Below, piece after piece: positions 24,820 to 36,213 of a stretch of DNA of 64,000 nt (position 1 is the first letter of the stretch; each line of letters starts with the position of its first letter). This DNA is from Octopus sinensis (lineage: Eukaryota), in the NCBI RefSeq assembly GCF_006345805.1, contig NC_043006.1:14632001-14696000 (forward strand), in the 5' to 3' direction. Both the position numbers and the translations under genes were made by a program. The notes beneath the pieces were generated by a model. It ran no database searches. It was not told the DNA's origin and saw nothing but the letters and a program-made list of their open reading frames with translations.

Positions 24820-24916
24820 ATACATAGTCTTTTGGACTAAATTTTTACACTTTAGACCACTGGAAATGTAAATTTTAATTAATTTCCATTTCCCTGTGCC
24901 TCTCCGAAAGAGAGAG

Positions 24917-24973
<57 letters not shown>

Positions 24974-25190
24974 ATAGTTGATGTGAAAAACAGAAATGGG
25001 AAAAGCATTAGGCTTGAAATAAATAATATACGAATACATATTTTTGTTGATGATGCCCAATGTAAAGGTATTTTGAAATGTATTAAATATTTTCTGTAAG
25101 AGCCTTCCTTATCTTTTTTATAATGCTTAGTTTTTCATTGCCATGTTGATTTTTTTTTTTTAACAAAAAATATTGTTTAACTTTCTGCAG

Positions 25191-25306
25191 GGGTGGCTGG
25201 TCGATCTGGTAAATAAATTTGGACAAATGGAAGGATTCCAAATTATTCTTGACCGTTTCACAAAAGGTCCCCAATTATCGGTGCCTGTGATAGCTGCACT
25301 GGTGAA
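25191..25306 (+). CDS. USP9X: USP9X coding exon 5
   Basis: ttctgcag| [38 protein letters not shown](K) |gtatgt; 116 nt. Confidence 0.96.
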
Positions 25307-26493
25307 GTATGTGAATTATATTTACTTATTGATTTATCTTTTCTTAGAAAAATATTGTACATTTTAATAGAATTTAGCATGTTTAAATTTTGAAATTTTG
25401 TTAATGTAATTTTGTAGAAATCATGTATATATATATATCTACTCAAAATATAATTATCCTTATCTGCAGAAAGCTGTTTTATGCATCAATCTATCTTTTG
25501 TTAAAGAATGTCATATTTGAAACGTTTTTTCCTGAGATATGTCAAGTTTATTGAGGCAACAAAACTCACAGCAAATACCAATTCTATTTGTTGGTAGATA
25601 TTTAACATAATTACTGGAATAACCATGAAATTTATTTTCATCATTAAAATCTTAAGGTAATTAATTACAATGGAGCTTAGGGTAAGATGCCTCTGATATT
25701 TTCTATGCTGATGACCTGATTCTCATTCCAGAATCTGTTGATGTCTTGCAAACAACTTGCACAAGCAAGTGCTACCAGTCAAAAACTCCACATCCCGGAA
25801 GCCAGCAAGTGTATGGGGTCATCAGGAGAGAATGCGCGCTGTTTCGGGGCCTACCTCTCGACGGCATCAATGTGCACCAGCCCCCCACTCACTGATATGA
25901 AGCCCAGCTTGCTAGATCAGCTGGTTATCAAATAAAGCTCAATATTCTTCTAGTCATCGCTCATCGTCTCTTTTTAACCAAATCCAGTGGCTAGCCTTCT
26001 CCACTGTAGTTTGGATATCGGTCATGGTGGTATTGACTTTACGATGAGATAGGACAGTAGGGGAAATTCAAATTCTAGAAGACTCCAGATTGTATCTCAG
26101 TGATACTTTGTGCAAAATGTAGGATGGGAATGCATATAATGGATGCATGAAAAGTGTAGTAAGATGTCTGTCTTATATGAAACTGAAGTTTCTCTTGCAC
26201 CAGCCTTATTAATGTAGCTAGCACATGGGAACTAAATTGAAGGCTCATATTGCAGATAAGACCAACCCATACCATTCTGGGAAAACTGATGTTAAAGCAA
26301 TAATAAAGATAGTTATGATGAAGAGAAGAAATATGATTGAATTTAATGTGTTTAGAATATTTTTATAACTGAAATTTTCTTTTGAAATTTTTAATTGTCC
26401 TTGTTAAGTAAAAGACAATGTTAACTGAGTAAATTATTTTCATATTGATGAATATATTGAGCTATATTGTTTTTCTTTTCTTTCTTTTTCTAG

Positions 26494-26560
26494 ACCATTT
26501 GGTCAGTGCTCCGAAGTACTGACTCCTTATGCTATCCAAAAATATTTCATGCCAATTGTG
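26494..26560 (+). CDS. USP9X: USP9X coding exon 6
   Basis: ttttctag| PFGQCSEVLTPYAIQKYFMPIV |gtgagt; 67 nt. Confidence 0.95.
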
Positions 26561-27654
26561 GTGAGTATTTAACCATTTCGTTACTGTATATATTTTGAGA
26601 TGCTCTGTGTTTCTTTCAATTATTTCAAATATAACAAAGAATTTAGTAAAATAACTTAGTTACCATTAAGCTAGTGTTAGGAAAGTAAATTGTAACTAAG
26701 GTTTGGTGGAAGATTTTTATTCAAAACTTATGTAAACAAGACATTTTACCACAGAGCCAGAGCCGGTTTAGTAACAAAAGGGTTTATAAGGGTTTCACAT
26801 ATTAAGGCATAAATTTATTTTGTATATTAAAAATGCGATACAGCAATTTTTACTCTTTTAGTTAGTTACTTGACACTGAATAATTATTGAGAATTAAAAT
26901 TTTGTTTCTGTAACGATGCTTAATATAAAAAGAATATAGTAGGTTAAATATATTTGTTCATTAAGTAACCTTTCAGTAGTTGGATCACTTACAAAATCTT
27001 TGGATATATATTTGTGAAATTAGCAATCTACGAGGTTGCCTAGTTTGTGGGACATGATCCTGTGTTCTATTTATTCTGTTGCAAGCATTGTTTTATTGGA
27101 TCTAGACACTAATTTCTTCTTTTACTTAAAGCTATAAATCCTTATTCTAAATTTTCTTGCAATGACTTGTATTGAAAATTTCAACTTTTTTATGTATTCT
27201 TAATGATGGTTCCTCATAAGTGTAATGTTTTATGGTGGTCGTGTCATGTATACTGCTTTCAATAAAAAATAGATTATGTGGAGATAAAGTATTTCATTGT
27301 AATGGGAACACCAGAATTGATAGATGTAGGGTTCCACAATAATGCCTATGTGGATTTCAGTTTTTCCAACCCATGCTAGCATGGAAAACGGATGCTAAAC
27401 GATGATGATGATGATGATGATTTAATTGAATATCTAGAAGAGGAATGAAGAGAGAATTATGATTCTGCCCTAGGATATTGAACTGATTGTTGGAAATTAA
27501 AATGTTTCTGATTAAATCTTATCGAAGATTGAAGCTTTTATTATAAATAAACATGAGCAGTGCTGTTTATAACTAAAACAACCATCAGATTTTTGAAATT
27601 ATAATGGCCTGAGAATCAAGTAAAATAAACACATGAATTTTCTTCTAATTTTAG

Positions 27655-27839
27655 GAAATAGTTCCTAAATTTTTGGACAACTTAACAGATGATGAGCTGA
27701 AAAAGGAGTCCAAATCAGAAATAAAAAATGATGGGTTATCAGCAATAATAAAAGCACTGAAACAATTGGTGTCCCGTGTACCGAATCAGGAAGAGACTGT
27801 GAAGAATTTGGAAATCTTTCGTTTGAAAATGATTTTAAG
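27655..27839 (+). CDS. USP9X: USP9X coding exon 7
   Basis: ttttag| [20 protein letters not shown]...[21 protein letters not shown](R) |gtaagt; 185 nt. Confidence 0.96.
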
Positions 27840-27922
27840 GTAAGTCGTTGACATATATTGTCATGACTATATTTTTAGAGCTTAATTGTCTTTTTGTATT
27901 ACTTGTAATCTCAATCTTATTT

Positions 27923-28752
27923 CAACTGCGCTGGTATGGTCATGTGTTGCGAATGAATGAGGACAGCTCTGTGAAAAAGTGTCACACCCTAGTAGTTGAG
28001 GGAACCTGTGGAAGAGGTAGACCCAGGAAAACCTGGGATGAGGTGGTAAAGCACGACCTTTGAACATTGGGCCTTACTGAGGCAATGATTAGTGACCGAG
28101 ACCTTTGAAGATATGCAGTGCTTGAGAGGACCTGACATGCCAAGTGAGACCATAGCCCATGGCCTATGCCAGTGAGTGTAACTGGCTCACTTATGAGTAC
28201 CCCTCATTCACTGGACAATGAACTTTGCTTGCGAAGATCTATTGAGGCAAGTGTAAACAAATCAAAATCGCTAACATGACTGATGACAGTATTGCCTGAT
28301 TGGCACTCGTGCCAGTGGAACGTTAAAAGCACATTCGAGTGTGATTGTTGCCAGGGCCATGGATTGGCTCCCATGCTGGTGACACGTGAAAAGCACCATT
28401 TGAACATGATTGTTGCCAGCGTCGTGTTACCAGCACATTTGCCGGTGGCACGTGAAAAACAACATTCGAGCATGGTCGTTACCAGTGCTGCCAGACTGGC
28501 TCCTGTGCAGGTAGCATGTAAAAAACACCTTTTGAGCGTGGTCGTTGCCAGAACTGCCTGACTGGCTCTCATGCTGGTGGCACATAAAAGCACCCACTGC
28601 ACTCTCAGAGTGGTTGGCGTTAGGAAGAGCATCCAGCTGTAGAAACTTTGCCAGATCAGATTGAACCTGATACAGCCTCTGGCTCACCAGTCCTCAGTCA
28701 AACCGTCCAACCCATGCCAGCATGGAAAGCGGACGTTAAATGATGATGATGA
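27923..28752 (+). mobile_element. 5'-truncated RTE LINE (ORF C-terminus + 3' UTR + (GAT)n tail)
   Basis: QLRWYGHVLRMNEDSSVKKCHTLVVEGTCGRGRPRKTWDEVVKHDL, then the UTR with minisatellite units and the common GGCATCCAGC...CCATG-CCAG-CATGG...(GAT)n end. Confidence 0.9.
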
Positions 28753-29456
28753 CGAGGACGATACTGCTACCGTCTCTCTGATCCACTCTTGTTTTCCTTT
28801 ATCCCCCACTCTCAAACAGATTTTCTATTAACCACTCTTCCACCCATGTTCACCATTCACTGCATTCACTCTATCCCCATCTCTAATCATCTATTACTCT
28901 CCTTTCATATTCTTGTGAATTTACCCACCCAGCCATCCTCAGTTCTCAGCCTCTATTCTAGCTTTATCTGCTTTCTTGTACCTTGAGGTTATGCCCTCAC
29001 ACCTCATTTCTGCAGCCATGTAGCTTTGTGAGTGAATTATGTAGGCAGAAGCTGAAAGAAGCCTGTGTGTGTATACACATATATAATGTGTACACATGTA
29101 TGTGATTGTATCTTCTTGGTTTGGCACCACTCTGTAGTTGTAAATGAGTGTCCCTGTTATACAAGTGGTGTCTTTCATTTCCAATCTTCCATGAAAACAT
29201 ACCTGACTATGGGGGAAATATTACCTTGCTTGGAAACAGGCGAGGGTTGGCAACAGGAAGGGCATCCAGTCTTAGAAAATATGCTGCAACAAACTCTGTC
29301 TGACCCATGCCAGCATAGAAAAAGTGGGCATTGAAACTGATGGTGAAGTCCACTTGAGATATTTGTCTTTCTGGCCACCGGCATGGTAAAGTAAATCACT
29401 CACAAACTGAAGTCAAGTTACTTAATATCTTCCTTATTACAAAAAAGCAACCGTAA

Positions 29457-29677
29457 CCCTTTAGCATTTAAACCGGCCATATCCGGCCAAAAGTATTCTG
29501 CCAGTTTTATGTTCAAACTGGCCAGATCTGGTCTCTCACACTAACCCGACAATATCGTTTTAAAAATTAACAGTTACCTCATCAAAATCTCATAGCTACA
29601 AGATAATGCATGATTAGTTTAAGGCAATGTGGATGAAAAAGCACTAATTTTGGTAGAATAATGCGAACACTAAAGGG
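29457..29677. mobile_element. piggyBac-like MITE, second family
   Basis: CCCTTTAGCATT...ACTAAAGGG followed by TTAA; near-identical copy at 51091-51311, related host at 53775-54552. Confidence 0.8.
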
Positions 29678-29822
29678 TTAAGAGAGAAATTAATAGGCTA
29701 AAGAAATAATTGAGTAACATGTTCTAATATAAAGTTTGAATTTTATAAGATTATTTAATTATGATAAAAAACAAATTATATTTTTCTGACTAATTTGCAT
29801 TTCAATCTTTCACTGTTTTCAG

Positions 29823-29961
29823 GCTTCTTCAGATATCTTCTTTCAATGGTAAGATGAATGCTTTGAATGAAGTTAACAAAGTGATCGCAAATGTGACATT
29901 CCATGCCAGTCGTCACACTCCAATAGATGATGATGAATGGCTTACAGCTGATAAGATGGCA
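29823..29961 (+). CDS. USP9X: USP9X coding exon 8
   Basis: ttttcag| [46 protein letters not shown] |gtaagg; 139 nt. Confidence 0.96.
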
Positions 29962-30269
29962 GTAAGGAATCTTAAATTATTCAGAGCTTTTTTTTCTCAT
30001 TTCAAGTTTTAAATCTATTTGTTATCTGTAATTCTATCTTGTCTAAATGTATTTATATATCTTATCGAAATCAGCTATGTACTTTTTTTCATTCAAATCA
30101 GTTGTATATTTGATTTAGATTTGTAATCTACAATTGTTTTCACAGGCTAATTAATATCAACCTTTTGTATTCAAGATAATTTTAGTTTATAAATACTCAA
30201 TATTGATGAAGAGTAACCTGAATTTAGAGTTAGAGAATTCTTGTTTTAATGAGATATTTCTCTTCTCAG

Positions 30270-30422
30270 GAATGGATTCAGCAGAACAATGTATTGTCAA
30301 TTGTTCTTCGAGATAGTCTCCATCAACCTCAGTATGTTGAAAAATTGGAAAAAATCTTGAGATTCATGATAAAAGAGAAAGCCTTAACACTTGATGATTT
30401 GGATCGAATATGGGAAGCCCAG
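30270..30422 (+). CDS. USP9X: USP9X coding exon 9
   Basis: ttctcag| [51 protein letters not shown] |gtaaag; 153 nt. Confidence 0.97.
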
Positions 30423-30592
30423 GTAAAGATATATGTTAATTCTTTTTAAAGGTTTTGTGTTGTTTTAAATATTTTATAGATTAAAACTATTATTATAGGA
30501 GGAGCCATCTTATGGATCTAACTAATTATTAAAAATTTGTTTTGCATTTAATTTATGTTTAGTGAAAAGCAAATGTTTTACACTTCACAACA

Positions 30593-30942
30593 TCTCTATA
30601 TATATAAACGCCAAAACGTCTGTCTGTGTGTGTGTCCTTTATACAAATCCACAATTTTTCAGTTAGAGGGCTCGCACTTTCTATGGTCACTCAAAACCGT
30701 CCAAGGTGGTTGTGCACATCTTTACATTTCCCCAGTCACCCCACAAAGCCATTAAAAAAAATCAATAGAAGTGACTTTTTTGTGAATTTTCTGTCCAAAA
30801 CCCAATCAAAATACCCGAAACTTGATACGCCAATTAAATGCCAGCTAGCTGTATGTGATTGGTCGGAGATTTGGACAGTACTCGTGTGTATGTGTGCACG
30901 CACACAGCTGTATATGCATGCACTAGCACTATGACCCGGCGA
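30593..30942 (+). mobile_element. Non-autonomous Helitron-like element, 5' end
   Basis: A|TCTCTATATATATAAA...GTCTGTCTGTGTGTGTGT is the characteristic 5' TC terminus pattern of invertebrate Helitrons; no intact 3' end seen. Confidence 0.55.
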
Positions 30943-31089
30943 ATTTAATCTGATGTTATGTACATCACTTTTTTATTTTAAATTTTAATATTTCAAGTAT
31001 TTTTTCTGAGCTAGTTTGTACTACATATACGCCATTGATTTTTTTGGGTTTCTGATGGTCCAGCACTTTTTTAATGTAGATAAATTATG

Positions 31090-31760
31090 AAGGGAAACTT
31101 GAAATTCCAGTGGCCACCAGCCTAGTCCACTGTGCTTCTACAGGCGATGTTGTGTGAACCATGTGCTTAGATGCATTATTTACACTGCACTTGTTAGTGG
31201 CAATACCTAAATTTTGAGAGATCCTCTTCTTATTTAGCTTAAAGTTACCTTTAGCTATGGTTACTACAGGTAAGAGAGCTAACAGTGCCAGTGTCAAACA
31301 AATATCAATCCATATTGATATAAAGTAAAGAACTGTTGGAAAAATGGACCATGGTGTGTCAATGCATAACTTGGATATGTCTTTGGCATTGACAGTGTAT
31401 AATTAGTAGGTTGGAAGTATGTTGATAACTTATTATTACATGACCATAGATGGTTCAGCTAAACTGTTAATCTGTCAAGGCTTTGGAACCAAGGATGTTC
31501 AAAAATGGGTGATGTACCTGTAATAGTGTATTAGTTTCTTAGTGATCTGCTGGTTCATATATCTCTGTGTAAGTTATTGGATTACTTATTTCTACAATTT
31601 GATGTCTTTTCTGTGGTTGGAATATTGATCATATGGTTTGGGGGTTCCAACTCTGCAATTGTTTCAGTGTATTACACATTTAGTCATAGTACATTATACT
31701 GCTGCGTGGTAGATTCTCCTGGCATCCGGTGCCACTTGATTTCATTAAATAATTCAAAGA
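31090..31760 (-). mobile_element. Highly degraded LINE RT fragment (CR1/L2-like)
   Basis: Decayed GxIxGPLxFxLYIN-like motif on the minus strand. Confidence 0.3.
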
Positions 31761-32766
31761 AAGGAATGTCGTTCTGATGATAATGAACAACTTTAACAAT
31801 ATGTGAATAACTAAGATTGCAAAAACCTGTCTGTTTTAGCATTTTGAAATATATGTAAAATAATTAGAAAAAGTAGATAGATGTCCCCATCTTCAATTAA
31901 CAAGAGAATTGATTGTAAATAAAATTAATGTATTAATGATGCATTACAACATTTAGTGGATAATTTGAATATAAAAGTATACCTACAATTCTAGTATTGG
32001 TGTAAAATGTAGACAAGTATAAACAGAAATATGAGATTTTTCCATGCAAGTTTAATCTCCTTTTAACGATTCACTAGAGAATAAGTAGCCACTTTTTCTG
32101 TTCGCTAACAGATACCTGGCTTGTAGCTATTTATATTGAACACAAACCAGGACTAGGATGAAAAATAAAAGTCTAATTTGTATACTGGGGCATTCATTGG
32201 CAATGTAGTTAATTCATTAACTATGCATTACACAACAGTTTTTAGATAATCTGAAGTTGTAAAGTGAGGTATCACTATAATTTTAGCCTGAGTGTGAAAT
32301 GTAAGCAAGTATAAACACATTTTACAGGCGAAATGTTGTTCTTGCAAGTGTAAACATGTTTTTCTGTCTCTGTTCACAGAAAAATTTGGGCTGCCTTCTG
32401 AAAGATGAAAACATTTGTTTGCATTACATTACATTTTGCATGAAAGCTAAAACTGTAGGCATACCTTACATTAAAATTTCAAGTTACCCAATATATGCTG
32501 TTTAGATTAATTGATTAGTCCATCATGCTGATAAATAATTAATCGAGGTGATTATTGATTAATCAACCATGTTGATATAATATTTACGTTGAAACTGATA
32601 AGTTCTCAAATACAGATAAAACATTTCTACCCATAGAAAACTAGAAACATCTGTTTACGCGTGTCTACATTTCATTGTGAGGCTGAAATGAATATTTTAA
32701 TTTGTCTGAATATCTTGAACAATTAAAAACATTGTTAAAAATACAGCAAAGACACTTCCCTCATCA

Positions 32767-33156
32767 GGAGTGGCTGTGTGGTAAGTAGCTTGTTTACCAA
32801 CCACATGGTTCCGGGTTCAGTCCCACTGTGTGGCACCTTGGGCAAGTGTCTTCTACTATAGCCTCGGGCCAACCAAAGCCTTGTGAGTGGATTTGGTAGA
32901 CGGAAACTGAAAGAAGCCTGTCGTATATATGTATATATATATATATATATATATGCGTGTCTGTGCTTGTCCCCCTAGCATTGCTTGACAACCGATGCTG
33001 GTGTGTTTATGTCCCCGTTACTTAGTGATTCGGCAAAAGAGACCGATAGAATAAGTACTGGGCTTACAAAAGAATAAGTCCCGGGGTCGAGTTGCTCGAT
33101 TAAAGGCGGTGCTCCAGCATGGCCGCAGTCAAATGACTGAAACAAGTAAAAGAGTA
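32767..33156 (+). mobile_element. CORE-like SINE family B, full length, non-RTE tail
   Basis: Head GTGGCTGTGTGGTAAG...GGTTCAGTCCCAC, core GGCACCTTGGGCAAGTGTCTTCT, internal (TA)n, tail GGTGCTCCAGCATGGCCGCAGTCAAATGACTGAAACAAG; minus copies at about 61520-61874 and 62648-63024; partial + copies at 43725-43885 and 60763-60920. Confidence 0.88.
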
Positions 33157-33217
33157 TGAAAAGAAAGCAAAAAAACTAGATTATTATGATTTAAAAAGAC
33201 TGTACGCTTATAGGTTT

Positions 33218-34885
33218 ATCATCATCATTTAACGTCCATTGTCTATGCTGACATGGGTTCAGTGGTTTGATTGGACTGGCACGCTGAAAGGCTGCTCCAG
33301 ACTCCAGTCTGGTTTGGCATGGTTTTCAGCTGGATACTCTTCCTGATGCCAACCACTCCTTGAGTGTAATGGGTGCTTTTATGTGCCACCAGCATGACAC
33401 CGGGGTGCTTTTACATGCCATCGGCATGGGTGCTAATTTGTGTGACACAACTGCGATTTTGCTTGGCTTGATGGGTCTTCTCAAGCATGACATAATACCC
33501 AACACTCAAAAGGAACTCAGCCACTTTGTCTCCGTAAGACCCAATGCTTGAAAGGAACTCTATCACTTTGCCTCTGTGAGGCTCAACACTTGAAAGGAAC
33601 TCAGCCACTTTGCCTCCGAGGCCCAGCACTTGAAAGGTGTTCTTCACGTACCACCATCACAGGTGCACTTGGCTTGGTGGGTCCTCTTAAGCACAGCACA
33701 TCACTAAAGGTCTGAGTCACTAGTCATTGCTTCTGTGAGGCACAAAGTTTGAAGATCATGCTTCACCACCTCTTCCCATGTCTTCTTGGGTCCACTTCTA
33801 CTACAGGTTCCCTCCACAGTTAGAGATCGGCACATCTTTACACAGCTGTCCTCGTCCATATGCATCACATGACCATACCAGCGCAGTTGTCTCTCTTGCA
33901 CACCACATCTGTTTAAACTTATGCCTAACTTTATTCTCAAGATGCTCACACTCTATCAAACATGTACGCTGAAATTGCACATCCAGCGAAGCATACTGGC
34001 TTCATTTCTTTCAAGCCTATGCATGTCCTTGTCTGTCACCGCCCATGTTTCACTGCCACACAGGCATCAAACAATCTGCCTTTTGCTCTGAGAGAATGGC
34101 TCTTTGTTGCCAGCAGGGGTAGGAGCTCTTTGAACTTTGCTCTGCTTAATCTTATTCTCACAGCTATGCTCTCGGTGCATTCACCTCCTCTACTAATGTG
34201 CTCACCTAGATAATGGAAGCAATCTACTACCTCTAGCTTCAAACCTCCTTGCAGTTGATGGAGTCTATTTTCTCTACATTTTCATCATTTATTGTACCTG
34301 TACATCTTCCACATCCAAAAGCTAGTTTCCCCTGTTAACTTTCCTCTGATATTGCTGCATCTTTTATGTGTCCAAAGCTTACAATAGGTGCATCTTATAG
34401 AGTTTCTACCTACACCATTTCTACAGATCAAGCAGAGCCATCAACCTGAAGGGATTTGTGATTTGACAGCCTTCCTACTTACTAAGACTTTGGTTTTTGC
34501 TAGGTTAACTCTAAGGCCCTTCAATTCTAGACCTTGCTTCCATACCTGGAACTCCTCTAGTTCAGGTAGCGATTCAGCTATAAGAGCAAGGTCATCAGCA
34601 TAGAGGAGCTCCCAGGTGCAGCCTGTCTTGAATTCCTCTTTTATTGCATGGAGGACTATAATGAACAAGAGGGGGCTGAGCACTGATTGTTGGTGAACCC
34701 CTACTTGTACCCTGAATTCTTCGCTGTACACATTGCCAACCCTTACTTTACTGACAGCATCCCTGTACATAGCTTGTACAGCTCTCACCAACCACTTGTC
34801 TATTCCTAGTTTCCACATTGACCACTAGATAATGGATTGGGGGACCCTGTCAAAGGCTTTCTCCAAGTCAACGAAGGCCAAGATG
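33218..34885 (-). mobile_element. 5'-truncated RTE LINE, about 1.7 kb, decayed RT + 3' UTR
   Basis: WKLGIDKWLVRAVQAMY...VGVHQQSVLSPLLFIIVL...WELLYADDLALIAES; LEVVDCFHYLG; LRWYGHVMHMDEDSCVK...PKKTWEEVVKHDL; (CAT)n at 33218. Confidence 0.92.
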
Positions 34886-34974
34886 AAGTTTATGAAGTAA
34901 CCAAACAGTAATTCAGTTTAATCTTATTCTCTCTACTCTGGTATCCCCCAGGTTTCATGGTTTTTTTTTTTGTC

Positions 34975-35077
34975 TCGGACTGGGCTGTGTGTTGTACTCT
35001 TGAGCAAGGCCCTTTATTTCACGTTGCTCCAGTTTACCCAGCTGTAAAAATGTGTCACAATGTCACTGGTGCCAAGC
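34975..35077 (+). mobile_element. SINE family C fragment (inverted relative to the adjacent copy)
   Basis: Reverse-complement match to 35151-35253. Confidence 0.85.
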
Positions 35078-35313
35078 AGTCGCCCATGCATACCAGCCTC
35101 CCCTCTCCACGCCACCAGTGTTATCCAAGGGAAAGACAAAGGTCGATACAGCTTGGCACCAGTGACGTCGCAACTCATTTCTACAGCTGAGTGAACTGGA
35201 GCAACGTGAAATAAAGTGCTTTGCTCAAGAACACAACACGCAGCCCGGTCCGGGATTCGAGTTCACAACCTCACGATCGTAAGCTCGACGCTCTAACCAC
35301 TGAGCCATGCGCC
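35078..35313 (-). mobile_element. tRNA-derived CORE-like SINE family C (OR1-like, name from memory)
   Basis: Minus-strand head GGCGCATGGCTCAGTGGTTAGAGCG...AACTCGAATCCCGG, core TTGAGCAAAGCACTTTATTTCACGTTGCTCC; other copies at about 40070-40190(-), 43183-43330(+), 43336-43474(+) and 52734-52940(+). Confidence 0.85.
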
Positions 35314-35314
35314 T

Positions 35315-36020
35315 TTACCACTACATCCATGACATCAACTCTTATGCAGATTACACTGTCTTTCATTCCACCCTAACAATTTCCAGTTGTGCATCATCCA
35401 CTCACAACCTAAACAAAGCATCCTTAACATTTACTGATTCCATGAAAAGAGGCCTTGAAAGCAGCCTCCTTCTTACTTTTTTCAAAAATCACTGCAATTG
35501 TTGTGTCCTATTATCAGTGACGATCTCTCTTGGTGAAACCCTTTCCTTAACACACTCACGGAGTGGTTGGCATTAGGAAGGGCATCCAGCTGTAGAAACA
35601 CTGCCAGATCAGACTGGAGCCTGGTGCAGCCTCCTGGCTTCCCAGACCCCGGTCGAACCGTCCAACCCATGCTAGCATGGAAAATGGATGTTCAACGATG
35701 ATGATGATGACCTGGACCACATCCTAATGACCATTCCTTCTCTTCAGGGCCAGAAGATATGTCATCTCCTAATAATTATTGATGCTCTTCAATGCTCAGT
35801 TGAGGCCCTCAATAGTTGCTACTGCTGCTACACACATGCACACAGCCTTGATCACATCCAGAAAAGTACCATCTGACTAATTGATAAAATCATTCATAGA
35901 CATACTTCATCTTCCAACTTAACTGTTGTACTGCCTCTTCTCTCTACCTTTTCCACTGCTACTATAAATGATCCCTGTTTCCGGAAGATGGCTGGGCTCA
36001 TGGTACCTCCACAGTCAAGG
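35315..36020 (+). mobile_element. Degraded CR1/L2-like LINE RT fragment, interrupted by an RTE tail
   Basis: HYIHDINSYADYTVFHST (YADD-like motif) and LDHIQKSTI (LDRIQKRA-like). Confidence 0.55.
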
Positions 36021-36108
36021 TGTTAGAACTGTTACTCTTTTCCTTTTCTTTTTCTTTTTTCTTAGAGCTTGCACGAAATATCACTAAATATTTCTTACTT
36101 ATTTTCAG

Positions 36109-36213
36109 TCTGGAAAACATGAAGCTATTGTAAAAAACGTTCATGACTTGTTGGCTAAATTGGCATGGGATTTCTCTCCTGAACAGTTAGATCATTTGTT
36201 TGAATGCTTTCAA
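36109..36213 (+). CDS. USP9X: USP9X coding exon 10
   Basis: ttttcag| [35 protein letters not shown] |gtgagt; 105 nt. Confidence 0.97.

Noticed and set aside
29849-29854. Strong-looking internal donor ATG|GTAAGA in exon 8
   Set aside because: Dictated by the conserved NGKM codons; its use would frameshift, and there is no evidence it is used.
35240-35313. tRNA-like sequences at SINE heads (also 32767, 43930-44230, 52734 and 60944)
   Set aside because: They have A/B boxes but no complete cloverleaf and run straight into SINE bodies; they are SINE heads, not tRNA genes.
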